DNA from: a virus
IMG/VR virus record: IMGVR_UViG_3300000756_000003
Length of the DNA: 33,162 nucleotides
Strand: one strand, 5' to 3'
The notes under the pieces are model-generated. The model searched no databases. It saw only the letters and a program-made list of their open reading frames with translations, and was not told the origin of the DNA. This document shows, piece after piece, positions 9,163 to 18,154 of this stretch; position 1 is the stretch's first letter; every line of letters begins with the position of its first letter. Position numbers and translations under genes: made by a program.

Positions 9163-10935
9163 TTATGCTCTTTGAATTGTTTTATTGTATGACGCTTGGA
9201 ATTCTACAACATAGTTAATTAAACCTATATTCTTTTTAGTCCCCAATATCACTTCAGTTTGAGTTAGTGTAATTGGAATTTCTTTGATTAAAGTATCATT
9301 CATCCAATATACTTCGGGTGATGTGAATAACTCTTCCAACCATTGTGCGTTGTTGTTAGTTAGATACCCCGAATTTACTGAATAGGTGTCGTTTGCCTTC
9401 ACATTAAATGTTGATAGACCTCTATCCCCAACAAAGTATCCATACTTCTGTGTGGATGATTTATAGTTATTTAATTTCTTTCTAACATTACTTTTTTCAA
9501 TCACCACTTTTCTGTCAGCTCTTGCTCTAAAATTGTAATAATCCCAACCACCTAATCTATTTTTAAATTTTAATGTGTAATTTTCATAACGACTACATTC
9601 ATAATCTAAATAGATGTTAAAACTTTCACTTACTTGTGTCGTATTATTATACATTCTTACACGATAGTATACCATCGTTTGGTTATTTAACGCAGTGTTG
9701 AATGTTCCACTATAACCTCCTAATAAAGTTGGGGATAGGAGTAACTCATTTCTTAAATAATTATTTGTCACAGATATTGTAAATGTGGTAATTGCCGCTC
9801 CAGCAGAATTAAATGCTGATATTTGAAGTTGGTTATAACCACCAAACCCCATTACAGATGAACCTAACAATGATAATGTTAATGACCTATTTGTTGGAGG
9901 TATCTTAAAGTTTCTATCGGGTTTATTAGTTAAGAATTTACCCAAATAACCCGTTGACATTCTATAAGTATTAGGGTCCCAACTATTGTAAGTTAAATAA
10001 TCAACACCAGCATCAATACCATAAGTTTCTGATGATGTTGTTAAACTATTAAATCTATATTTATCTGTTGAATAAATTAAACCACCTTGAGCTGGGGTTG
10101 AACCTATAACTCTTTTATTTGTTTTAATTAATGTATAACCAACACCACCAAGAGTAACTCCTTGTGTTCCCATACATTTCGCTTCACCATCATAACCAGC
10201 ATAAGTATAACCAGCTTCTTGAAGGACATACAATGTATCCCCAACATTAAATGAACCCGTTACATAATCACTATTTCTAATAACAAACCCCAACATAAAT
10301 ACTCCCGTCACTGGGTCAGTATAACCATAGTTATCATAAAATCTAAAACCTTCAAATGCCGTTGCTTGTATGTTTGCTAAATTAGCATTCCAGGGGAAGT
10401 TTACATAAACACCCGATGTCGTATAACCTACAACTTGAAGGACATTTTGAATACCCTTATTATTACTTGTTAGGAATAAATAATTATTACCATATGGTAT
10501 TACAAGATTTGTTGGTGTGGCATATTGAAGAAATAAATACCCACCTAAACTTGACGCACTTGTGAATGTAACATTTCTATCAAACTCAACACCAAATTTA
10601 GTGCTGAACCTTTTATAACCATCAATATTATTAACTAATCCTGGATTAGGATAAGTTACTCCATTAGCGTCTAAGAATTGGGTATCAGTTTTAATATAGT
10701 TTTCAACAACTCTACTAACATCAAATATACCTTGATTATTAGCACTGACGTTTTTATTATGTCTTAATCTGGCAACTGATGTCCCCTCAACAAATACCTC
10801 GGCATTATATTGAAAATTAGTCCTACCATTAAAGTTAGAAGTCACCATATAATTAGCTCCATTAGCAATTGGAATTACCCTTGTAGTTAATGTTCCATAT
10901 GGGTTTTGATTTATAGTTACATTTGGTGTCGGCAT
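9163..10935 (-). CDS. Tail-associated structural protein (590 aa), function unknown
   Basis: Long ORF starting 2 nt after the preceding gene and ending 2 nt before the 996-aa gene. Composition is beta-rich (N/T/G/Y). The call rests on position only. Confidence 0.4.
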   Translation of the reverse strand: MPTPNVTINQNPYGTLTTRVIPIANGANYMVTSNFNGRTNFQYNAEVFVEGTSVARLRHNKNVSANNQGIFDVSRVVENYIKTDTQFLDANGVTYPNPGLVNNIDGYKRFSTKFGVEFDRNVTFTSASSLGGYLFLQYATPTNLVIPYGNNYLFLTSNNKGIQNVLQVVGYTTSGVYVNFPWNANLANIQATAFEGFRFYDNYGYTDPVTGVFMLGFVIRNSDYVTGSFNVGDTLYVLQEAGYTYAGYDGEAKCMGTQGVTLGGVGYTLIKTNKRVIGSTPAQGGLIYSTDKYRFNSLTTSSETYGIDAGVDYLTYNSWDPNTYRMSTGYLGKFLTNKPDRNFKIPPTNRSLTLSLLGSSVMGFGGYNQLQISAFNSAGAAITTFTISVTNNYLRNELLLSPTLLGGYSGTFNTALNNQTMVYYRVRMYNNTTQVSESFNIYLDYECSRYENYTLKFKNRLGGWDYYNFRARADRKVVIEKSNVRKKLNNYKSSTQKYGYFVGDRGLSTFNVKANDTYSVNSGYLTNNNAQWLEELFTSPEVYWMNDTLIKEIPITLTQTEVILGTKKNIGLINYVVEFQASYNKTIQRA

Positions 10936-10936
10936 A

Positions 10937-11410
10937 TTATGTTTGTTTTTTAAATAATTCTTTTATTATATAGTTTGAGAATTCATCCCCCATTCTATCT
11001 TGAAGAGTTTGAACCATTGTGTAATATGGGGATGTAAATGGTTTCCCATTACCTTGACTACCTCCAGCTTTAAATCCTTCTTTATGTATCTTTTGTGTTA
11101 TAGGCCAAGCCGCCTCTTCGGGAATACCTTTTAACTTGGTCCATTTCTTTATCTCATCAAATAATGTGATAGTTCCTTTGGGGGCTGATTGTCTTGTAGG
11201 TTTTCTACCCTTATCAATAAATTTACCATAGAATGGCATCGTAAGTAATAAAGTATACTTACCATCACCCACCTTAATTCCTCTTGTTGACAACGTATTA
11301 TATAAGGTTCCCGTAGCGATATTACCATTCAATCTGATAATCCCCCTCATTTGTTCTAATACATCCTCACCTAAACTATTAAGTAATTCTAATACATCGT
11401 TCTCATCCAT
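10937..11410 (-). CDS. Hypothetical virion-module protein (157 aa), possibly a neck / tail-completion protein
   Basis: Position between the chaperone-like gene and the tail proteins, with TAATG overlap to the upstream gene. It shows weak resemblance to HK97 gp10-like proteins (ATGTLYNTLS..., YGKFIDKGRKP). This is from memory and not verified. Confidence 0.25.
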   Translation of the reverse strand: MDENDVLELLNSLGEDVLEQMRGIIRLNGNIATGTLYNTLSTRGIKVGDGKYTLLLTMPFYGKFIDKGRKPTRQSAPKGTITLFDEIKKWTKLKGIPEEAAWPITQKIHKEGFKAGGSQGNGKPFTSPYYTMVQTLQDRMGDEFSNYIIKELFKKQT

Positions 11411-11850
11411 TATTCTTCGGGGCTATCACAAGGGTTATTATCTATACCCGTCTCAATATTAATGTCAATATACCAACCCGTAACATAGTCAGCGAAGTTT
11501 TGAGTAAAAGGTAATGCGGTGTTAACTCCACCAACATAGTAATCATCACTATCATTCTTAAAATTTTTAATTACGTCATTCAGTATTTGAAGAGTATCAC
11601 TTAGGATGTTTCTTCTAAAGGTGTCAGCAGTTTCATCAATATCAAAAACCAATACCCTCATCTTATAATTCAATCCATTCTCACCTAACTCAGCAGATTG
11701 GGGAATTACCCATAACACGGGGAACTTACCACCATTCTCTTTGATAGTATTTATATCTTCCAATAGTCCATCCCCAAAATTATGTATCTGTAAGTGACTA
11801 TTAGCGATTGATTGAAATGTGTCTATTATTTGATTATATGTCATCATCAT
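11410..11850 (-). CDS. Hypothetical virion-module protein (146 aa)
   Basis: Co-oriented ORF. Its start is overlapped by the -1 frame extension of the upstream gene. No motif recognised. Confidence 0.3.
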   Translation of the reverse strand: MMMTYNQIIDTFQSIANSHLQIHNFGDGLLEDINTIKENGGKFPVLWVIPQSAELGENGLNYKMRVLVFDIDETADTFRRNILSDTLQILNDVIKNFKNDSDDYYVGGVNTALPFTQNFADYVTGWYIDINIETGIDNNPCDSPEE

Positions 11851-12672
11851 TATTTGTATTTATATTATTATTACCACCCATTTGTATTTTATATGCCATA
11901 AAGGTAAAACATTCTCTAACGGATTTGGTTACTACCTTTTCCATACTTAGGAAGTTACCATTCGCCATCTTATATATTAAGTCATACCAATTCCATTGTT
12001 CTCTAACACGTTGTTGAGCTTCGTATTTAATATCCTCAATTGTTCTTCGTTCATCCCCTTCATCTCCATCTTCACCTTCGCTGTCATAATCATCATCTTC
12101 TCCTCCTCCATCTGTATTGAATATAACTGAATAATCGTCAAATAAACCTTTACGATACGATAAAAAAAAAGTAGTGTAGGATATATTTTATCCATCCCCA
12201 CCTCTAATAATAACGTCTCACGTTCTTCAGATGTCTCATAGGGTTCTAACTCATACTTCTTTGTAATAAGGTTTTGTTTAATAATTGGTAGATAAAGAAC
12301 CGACATAATCTTATGGATGTTATTAATCAATCCACCTTTTACATAAGTTTCAATATCAACAAATTGAGCTAGGGTTAATTCATTCAAATCACATAGACCA
12401 AACTTCTTACCCCCAACTTCCACAACGTCAATCTTCTTTTCATCGGGAACTTGTTTCAAGAATTCATATTTGGTTAATTCATTAGTTAATTTCTTAACAG
12501 ATAGATTATCTAACTCCTCAAGTGTTTTATCAGTCAAGATGGATAGTTGTGTCAACATATCCTCAATCTCATCACCAGAGGGTTCAAAACCATCAATCAA
12601 TTGAAACTTACGTAATGTTATATCACCCCATCCTAATTCTCTTTCCTCAACCTTATTATTAAACCATTTCAT
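11834..12672 (-). CDS. Predicted -1 frameshift (or indel-corrected) product: 170 aa of frame 0 plus 109 aa of the -1 frame = 279 aa
   Basis: Hand translation. After T_TTT_TTT the -1 frame reads LSYRKGLFDDYSVIFNTDGGGEDDDYDSEGEDGDEGDERRTIEDIKYEAQQRVREQWNWYDLIYKMANGNFLSMEKVVTKSVRECFTFMAYKIQMGGNNNINTNNDDDI and stops at 11834..11836. That frame has a TAA 8 codons upstream of the slip site and no ATG for about 65 codons. Confidence 0.4.
11977..12672 (-). CDS. Tail-assembly-chaperone-like protein, frame-0 product (231 aa)
   Basis: Acidic, helical N-terminal 170 aa with chaperone-like features (ITLRKFQLI..., LTLAQFVDIETY). It contains a T9 tract at codons 168-171. The frame-0 tail after the tract (EEEKMMIMTAKVKMEMKGM) looks like an out-of-frame reading of an acidic segment. 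Confidence 0.4.
   Translation of the reverse strand: MKWFNNKVEERELGWGDITLRKFQLIDGFEPSGDEIEDMLTQLSILTDKTLEELDNLSVKKLTNELTKYEFLKQVPDEKKIDVVEVGGKKFGLCDLNELTLAQFVDIETYVKGGLINNIHKIMSVLYLPIIKQNLITKKYELEPYETSEERETLLLEVGMDKIYPTLLFFYRIVKVYLTIIQLYSIQMEEEKMMIMTAKVKMEMKGMNEEQLRILNTKLNNVLENNGIGMT
12162..12170 (-). other. T9 homopolymer containing the slippery heptamer T_TTT_TTT (12163..12169, minus strand)
   Basis: The plus strand reads t-aaaaaaaaa-gtag. In frame 0 the minus strand reads CTA CTT TTT TTT TAT (L L F F Y). Confidence 0.6.
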
Positions 12673-12686
12673 ACTACTAAATATTA

Positions 12687-12935
12687 TTAATCATTATTTT
12701 GTTTTTCATTAATCCATTGACCTATTCTATTTCTTACCCTAGCTCTACAAGGTGGACATCCTTTACCATCCTCTCTTGATTGGGGATAAATTCTATTATG
12801 GAAGTAAAATAACTTCTCAACTTGTGTTGGTGTGTTATAATCCATAGCGTCAAACTCATCTATTAATTCTTTTACCTTATCTAATAATTGTTCGTCAGTG
12901 ATGTGTCTGACTTCTTCCCATACTACATTTATCAT
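12687..12935 (-). CDS. Hypothetical protein (82 aa)
   Basis: Co-oriented ORF overlapping the upstream gene by 4 nt. Contains GCPPCRARVRNR. No family recognised. Confidence 0.4.
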   Translation of the reverse strand: MINVVWEEVRHITDEQLLDKVKELIDEFDAMDYNTPTQVEKLFYFHNRIYPQSREDGKGCPPCRARVRNRIGQWINEKQNND

Positions 12936-13201
12936 AATCTATTTTTTATTTTATATATTAATTCCCCAAGTATTGAGGTTATTGCTGCCAGATAGATATT
13001 ACCCGTGATGATTAACCCAATCCAAAATGTGGAACAAGTTACACAATTGATTAATCTATATATGAACTTCTTACTTTCTTTCCATCGGAAGTAATCCTCA
13101 TCATTAAATCCAATCATTCTTTTTAATTTAATCATTGGTTCTGCCTCAACGAACAAAATCCCCAATGTTGGTATCCCAAATAATGTAATCAAATCTATCA
13201 T
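12932..13201 (-). CDS. Small membrane protein (89 aa, two hydrophobic segments)
   Basis: Hydrophobic N-terminus (LITLFGIPTLGILFV) and C-terminal CVTCSTFWIGLIITGNIYLAAITSILG. 4-nt overlaps on both sides. Confidence 0.45.
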   Translation of the reverse strand: MIDLITLFGIPTLGILFVEAEPMIKLKRMIGFNDEDYFRWKESKKFIYRLINCVTCSTFWIGLIITGNIYLAAITSILGELIYKIKNRL

Positions 13202-13794
13202 ATGTTTTCTCTTATTTTATTTTTCAATCCATTCATCAATGTGTATATGGACTTCTTTGATTTATAGGTAATCTTCTTACCATCCTTCTCACGATAGAAT
13301 GTATATTTCTTACATATCTTATCATAACTTAAATTCTCAACGAAGTATGCCTTGAATAATATTAACTCACTCTTGGTTAACTTATCAATTACTTTATCCA
13401 TTGATAATATCTTTTTGATTTGGTCTTCATTGAATATGTTAGATAAATCTTTCTCATACTCATCCATACCAATATGATTATCAAACCCCACGTCATTACA
13501 CACCACATCATATTTCTCATCAATTTCATATTCCCTTTGTGAGTGTTTCCTATTCACGGGGGATGTATTGTATTTCCCATTGATTGTCATCCAACTGACA
13601 CAGAACGCTTCTAACTTATCAATCGCTAGGTATTCTTCAATCTTGGGTTTATTAGTGTATAAATATAATGCCAATTCCCCAACTAATTCTGTAGGTTCAA
13701 CTATCGTATTATATTTTAGAATGTTAGTTGAACACTCCATCAGATAATTATATCTCTTTGTTAAGAATGTATCTATAATTTTTTTATAACTCAT
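13198..13794 (-). CDS. Sigma-factor-like / HTH transcription regulator (198 aa)
   Basis: The C-terminal segment LTKSELILFKAYFVENLSYDKICKKY...KSIYTLMNGLKNKIR resembles sigma-70 region 4 (HTH). The N-terminal part resembles region 2 only vaguely. Lies directly downstream of terL. Confidence 0.35.
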   Translation of the reverse strand: MSYKKIIDTFLTKRYNYLMECSTNILKYNTIVEPTELVGELALYLYTNKPKIEEYLAIDKLEAFCVSWMTINGKYNTSPVNRKHSQREYEIDEKYDVVCNDVGFDNHIGMDEYEKDLSNIFNEDQIKKILSMDKVIDKLTKSELILFKAYFVENLSYDKICKKYTFYREKDGKKITYKSKKSIYTLMNGLKNKIRENI

Positions 13795-13829
13795 ACTTAT
13801 AAATATCTGTCTTTTAGTAAAAGAACATA

Positions 13830-15029
13830 TTAAAATGAAAAAGTATCAAAACTCCAAGACCCCGTTGTAACATTATTATTTTTGTAATGTAATATTGAGT
13901 ATCTCATAGCGTCCATTCCATCATCCCACATTTTAATTGGTTCATCCAATAATTTATCATCTTTGGTTGATTTCCACTTGTAGTTCTTAAACTCCTTCAA
14001 CAAATTAATACTATCACAATGAATATATAAAATCTTTGATTTAACGGCATCAATTCCTTCTTTAACACTCTTGTTAGCGTTAACACAATTAAATCCATTA
14101 CGATTAAGTTCTGTGATGATTTCGGGTCTTGAGTAATCCCCCACCATTGTTGTTGAATAAGATAATCCTTCCCTATCTAATATTTCTTTAATTCTTGGGA
14201 TTAAATCTGATGATGTTAAATAACTTTCATATAATAACTCAGTAACATACACTTCATTGTTGGTAGTGAAATCACATCTGATTAGAGCAGTGGGATGTTG
14301 GTATCCAAAGTCAATCCCCAATATGGTGTCAACTATACCTTCGGGTTTATCTTTGTTTAAGAATATTTTCTGATGGTTATAGATTGTGTGTGTTGATTTA
14401 GATGGGATACCTAAAGCATAGATGTTATAGTAATCCTTATCCGTCAATATAAGTTCTTCAATCTGTTTAATAATCTCCTTCTCTAAGAATGGGTTATCTT
14501 TATAGGTTGAATGTATTAACACACTATCTTCCTTCTCAGCTAAATCATATAGGAAGTGTTCTGTATCTGAGGGGTTGAAATCACAAAATACTTTGAATGT
14601 TGTTCTCATATTTAACTGAAGGAATTCTTCATACTCCAACTCATTCGCCTCATTACATAATAGGATGTCTCTTTTACGACCCCTAACCTTCTGACTATCA
14701 TCAAGTGAAAAGAATTCAACTACTGAACCATTTGAAAATGAATATATGTTTTCAGTTTTATTATGTTTCTTCTCATCATATAAATTCAATCCCCTCATCA
14801 CTTCAAAGAAATCCCTCATTATAGTTGCCTTTAATGAGGGAAGTGACTTACGGACAATTGATATTACCTTATTATTATTTTGTAGTGAATACACTATTAA
14901 CAACTGACATAGGGAATATGTCTTACTACTACGTGAACCCCCTTGATTAATTACGAACCTTTTTGTGGTGTCATTCAGAGCGTCATAGTTCCTTGTAAAT
15001 ACATTACTATGTTTCAGTTGTAGTTCCAT
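13830..15029 (-). CDS. terL: Terminase large subunit (PBSX-like family)
   Basis: 399 aa. Walker A-like NQGGSRSSKTYS, Walker B-like ILLCNEANE, and nuclease-domain motifs ILGIDFGYQHPTA and WDDGMDAMRYS. Confidence 0.9.
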   Translation of the reverse strand: MELQLKHSNVFTRNYDALNDTTKRFVINQGGSRSSKTYSLCQLLIVYSLQNNNKVISIVRKSLPSLKATIMRDFFEVMRGLNLYDEKKHNKTENIYSFSNGSVVEFFSLDDSQKVRGRKRDILLCNEANELEYEEFLQLNMRTTFKVFCDFNPSDTEHFLYDLAEKEDSVLIHSTYKDNPFLEKEIIKQIEELILTDKDYYNIYALGIPSKSTHTIYNHQKIFLNKDKPEGIVDTILGIDFGYQHPTALIRCDFTTNNEVYVTELLYESYLTSSDLIPRIKEILDREGLSYSTTMVGDYSRPEIITELNRNGFNCVNANKSVKEGIDAVKSKILYIHCDSINLLKEFKNYKWKSTKDDKLLDEPIKMWDDGMDAMRYSILHYKNNNVTTGSWSFDTFSF

Positions 15030-15529
15030 TATCTTACTAATACACCAATACCTGGTAGTTCCTTTATTACATTGGGGTTATTATCATAATGTTTCCCAAT
15101 TCTTAATTGTTTAACCTTCTTAATCTTCTCAGAGTTTGAACCCGTAGCAAATACGTGGTCTGATTTAACCCCCAACAATGTGGCAGTATTCATCATATCT
15201 AAACGACTATCTCTAGCTGAAATGATATAGACATCCACCCCACCTTCAATAAGGGTTCTAATCTTTTGTTTCATAGATGAACTTGTAACCACACCATCAT
15301 AGTCAAATGATATTCTACCCGATTGAAGGTTTCTTTGTTTCATTCTTGTAATCTTCTGAACCAACTTATCTTGTTCGGTTAAATCACCAATAGCATAACC
15401 TTGTTTGTATGCCTTCTCTTTCGCTTGATTACGTTCCTCTTGGTTGCCACACTCATAATAGTATTTCTTACCTTCAATCCCCCATCTAACGAAACAACCT
15501 TGACTATCTTTATTAGTATCTATCGGCAT
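15029..15529 (-). CDS. HAD-superfamily phosphatase-like protein with an N-terminal extension (166 aa)
   Basis: Motif I FDYDGVV (DxDxV), motif II IISARD, and a downstream K plus HYDNNP acidic motif. TAATG overlap with terL. Confidence 0.45.
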   Translation of the reverse strand: MPIDTNKDSQGCFVRWGIEGKKYYYECGNQEERNQAKEKAYKQGYAIGDLTEQDKLVQKITRMKQRNLQSGRISFDYDGVVTSSSMKQKIRTLIEGGVDVYIISARDSRLDMMNTATLLGVKSDHVFATGSNSEKIKKVKQLRIGKHYDNNPNVIKELPGIGVLVR

Positions 15530-15532
15530 AAC

Positions 15533-15853
15533 TTATTTCTTTTTAATTGGTCTTTTTATATTAGGTGTTGGGATTGGGGTTTTAACTACATCACTCAATA
15601 TTGGTGTTGAACTAACATCGGGGGTTTCATCAAACTTATCTTCAATCCAATCCTCAATCTTTTCACCAATCCATTCAATAACATCTTCAATCACCAATTC
15701 AAACATATATTCAAACCCCAATCTTACATAGTTCTCAAATTTATGTTGTTCTACTTTGGTAGGGTCAAATATTACATTCCCCAAACCTGGAACTTGACGT
15801 GATACAATCACACCTTCAAATTCTTCTTTTAACTTATACTTCGCCATCTTCAT
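15533..15853 (-). CDS. Hypothetical protein (106 aa), acidic centre with a basic P/K-rich tail
   Basis: Co-oriented ORF overlapping the upstream gene by 20 nt. No motif recognised. Confidence 0.4.
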   Translation of the reverse strand: MKMAKYKLKEEFEGVIVSRQVPGLGNVIFDPTKVEQHKFENYVRLGFEYMFELVIEDVIEWIGEKIEDWIEDKFDETPDVSSTPILSDVVKTPIPTPNIKRPIKKK

Positions 15854-16247
15854 TGTTTTTAATTTCTATTAGTTTTATTATTTGTATATTATTAATCTTA
15901 TCACCATCAGTTGTAATATCAATCTTTTGTTGGTGAAGACCACTAATTTTATTTATCTCTTTTCTAATCTCATTCGCTAACCTTCTATCCCCATTTGTTA
16001 GGGATGTTTGGTATTGGGTTTCCATTTCAATTATAGTCGTCTCTAATCTGTTCTCAGCTATCCCCTTTAATGCTTGTTGTATTAATGGTTTAGCTTCTCT
16101 ATACAAATCATAAAAATATGGAGTTGAATAACCCATACTAATTATCTCTTGAACTACACTCGCTTGGGGAACTCCCGATGTAAACCTTTCAATAATTATT
16201 TTGATAAGGTCATCTTTCTTATATGTTGGGGTTTTCTTTCTAGCCAT
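15834..16247 (-). CDS. Candidate terminase small subunit / DNA-binding protein (137 aa)
   Basis: Basic N-terminus (MARKKTPTYKK) followed by an HTH-like segment, then a helical region ending in ISGLHQQKIDIT. Lies 0.8 kb upstream of terL. The call is positional and compositional only. Confidence 0.35.
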   Translation of the reverse strand: MARKKTPTYKKDDLIKIIIERFTSGVPQASVVQEIISMGYSTPYFYDLYREAKPLIQQALKGIAENRLETTIIEMETQYQTSLTNGDRRLANEIRKEINKISGLHQQKIDITTDGDKINNIQIIKLIEIKNNEDGEV

Positions 16248-16305
16248 TTTCGTAGATATTATGTTGTTATATGTTTCCTAGAAGTATTAAAGTGTAGATA
16301 AACGT

Positions 16306-17139
16306 TTATAGGGTATAATTCATAATTAATAGTTCAGTTCCCTTTGAAGGGGATTTACCTTTAGTTACACCACTACATTTAACAAATTCCTTACTCTTCC
16401 ATTCATACTCATCCTTCGGCAACCATTCATTTAATAAATCAAAATCATAGTAAGATAACGACCATTTAGATTTGATTGTTTTGATTAATGTTACCAATTC
16501 ATTGTGTTGATGAAACCCAAACTTATGATTTGAGTAATATAATTCTTTTGTGAAATAAGGGGGGTCTAAATAGAAATAGGTAGTATCACCATCCCACTTG
16601 GTTATTAGTTCCTTAAAATCCATCTTTTCAACGTATGTGATTGATTTCATCTTATCCGTCCACTTGGTTTCTTTTAGTTTATTCCTAAACATATCAAACT
16701 TACTTACATATACACCATTCTTATTGATGTATCCACCCTTCTTAACTAACCTCGCCTTTTCGGGATTATTACCACTCCATACTTGTGTTAGTAGATATAC
16801 GTATTTGTATGCCATTTCATAGTTAGGTTCAATGATGTTTGGTGTTGGGAATAATTCTTTTTGGTATTGGTAAAATAATTCATCATCCTCAGATGGGATG
16901 TCCTTACATAATTCCAATAGTTTGTGTGGGTCTTCTTGAACACATCTAAATAGATTTGAGTTCAATGGATTAATGTCGTTATAAACGATTGTTTTTAGAT
17001 TAGGATACTTTGTTATATCCATATTAAAATAAACCCATCCAGCACCACCAAATACCTCTACATACGTTTCAATATCGGTTGGGATGAATGGGATTATAAA
17101 TTTACTTATTCTGTTTTTTCCTCCAATGTAATTTACCAT
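16306..17139 (-). CDS. Dam-like (D12 class) N6-adenine DNA methyltransferase
   Basis: N-terminal YIGGKNR...YVEVFGGAGWV (AdoMet-binding), NDINPLNSNLF, and catalytic DPPY in YFYLDPPYF. No adjacent restriction endonuclease. Confidence 0.85.
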   Translation of the reverse strand: MVNYIGGKNRISKFIIPFIPTDIETYVEVFGGAGWVYFNMDITKYPNLKTIVYNDINPLNSNLFRCVQEDPHKLLELCKDIPSEDDELFYQYQKELFPTPNIIEPNYEMAYKYVYLLTQVWSGNNPEKARLVKKGGYINKNGVYVSKFDMFRNKLKETKWTDKMKSITYVEKMDFKELITKWDGDTTYFYLDPPYFTKELYYSNHKFGFHQHNELVTLIKTIKSKWSLSYYDFDLLNEWLPKDEYEWKSKEFVKCSGVTKGKSPSKGTELLIMNYTL

Positions 17140-17186
17140 ATTATATAATTTTATTGGAAGTATTATTTTTTGATTATTTGTAGCGA

Positions 17187-17564
17187 TTATTTGATTGGTT
17201 TATTATATAATACCAATGTAATTCTTTCACCTACAAATGGTAATACCCAATGATAATCTTTACCATTGAATACTACCCATTCATTTTTTTTATTTATTTT
17301 AATAACGTCATCATTTTCTATAAAACATAGTTCACCACCATAGAATTCACCCATAATCATTATATGACTTATACCGATGTTATTATTATGTTTGTGGGGT
17401 TTATACATTACGTTATAGTTTAACGTTATCTGATTGTAGTTAAATGATGTTATCTTATTGATTTCTTCAATCAAACTTAGTTCATCATCATTAACATCTT
17501 TATATAATCTTATGTGATGTATTGGATTACTATCATCCACCAACTTTTTAATTAATTCAATCAT
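17187..17564 (-). CDS. Small 2OG-Fe(II) oxygenase / cupin-like protein (125 aa)
   Basis: The pattern PHKHNNN ... GGELCF ... YHWVLPFVGERITLVLY resembles the P4H-type H-x-D ... GGE ... H ... R-x-S layout. The acidic metal ligand is replaced (HKH). Confidence 0.3.
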   Translation of the reverse strand: MIELIKKLVDDSNPIHHIRLYKDVNDDELSLIEEINKITSFNYNQITLNYNVMYKPHKHNNNIGISHIMIMGEFYGGELCFIENDDVIKINKKNEWVVFNGKDYHWVLPFVGERITLVLYNKPIK

Positions 17565-18154
17565 TTGATGTCATTACTTTCTATTAATGTGTATGTGAAT
17601 TTATTCCCCCATACTTTAGCGGCATTTCTTACGATACCCATAAATCTTTCAAAATCCTCACTTCTTTTAAACACTTGACAACCACCACTCCAATCGTTAA
17701 CCAATGAACTATCACTACCAGCTTTATGTATGTTGATACCATACATCCCCGAAGTGATTGTATTCTCATCGTATAACATATCTCTGTTGATGTCTCTGAA
17801 CGTTTTTACATTACCATTACGTTGACATAACGCCTCGTATTTACCTAAATGTAAGTCAATCATATAAACACCTCTGTATTGACCTGGAACTAATCTAGCA
17901 AATCCACCTTTAACATTATGTTTTAAAATCCATTTGGTGCCTGGGTCAGTTGTGATTGGGTAACTAATATTTAATTGAGACCCATTTATTTTGAATATAA
18001 GGTATATTACATCATCAAATAGATTGGTAACCTTATTCTTGGTCTCAGAGTTCCTTACACCTACGATATTTAAGTTGTAATCACCATTCTCAAACCATCC
18101 ATATCCTTTTTCTTGAATGGTTTTTTTAATTTGTTCTGTTGTAAAATCTTTCAT
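17561..18154 (-). CDS. YkuD-like (L,D-transpeptidase fold) peptidoglycan-active enzyme, candidate endolysin (197 aa)
   Basis: YGINIHKAG...DWSGGCQVF matches the His ... S-x-G-C signature of YkuD-type catalytic domains. The upstream NLNIVGVRN and TTDPG blocks recur in phage proteins of this type (from memory). Confidence 0.45.
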   Translation of the reverse strand: MKDFTTEQIKKTIQEKGYGWFENGDYNLNIVGVRNSETKNKVTNLFDDVIYLIFKINGSQLNISYPITTDPGTKWILKHNVKGGFARLVPGQYRGVYMIDLHLGKYEALCQRNGNVKTFRDINRDMLYDENTITSGMYGINIHKAGSDSSLVNDWSGGCQVFKRSEDFERFMGIVRNAAKVWGNKFTYTLIESNDIK

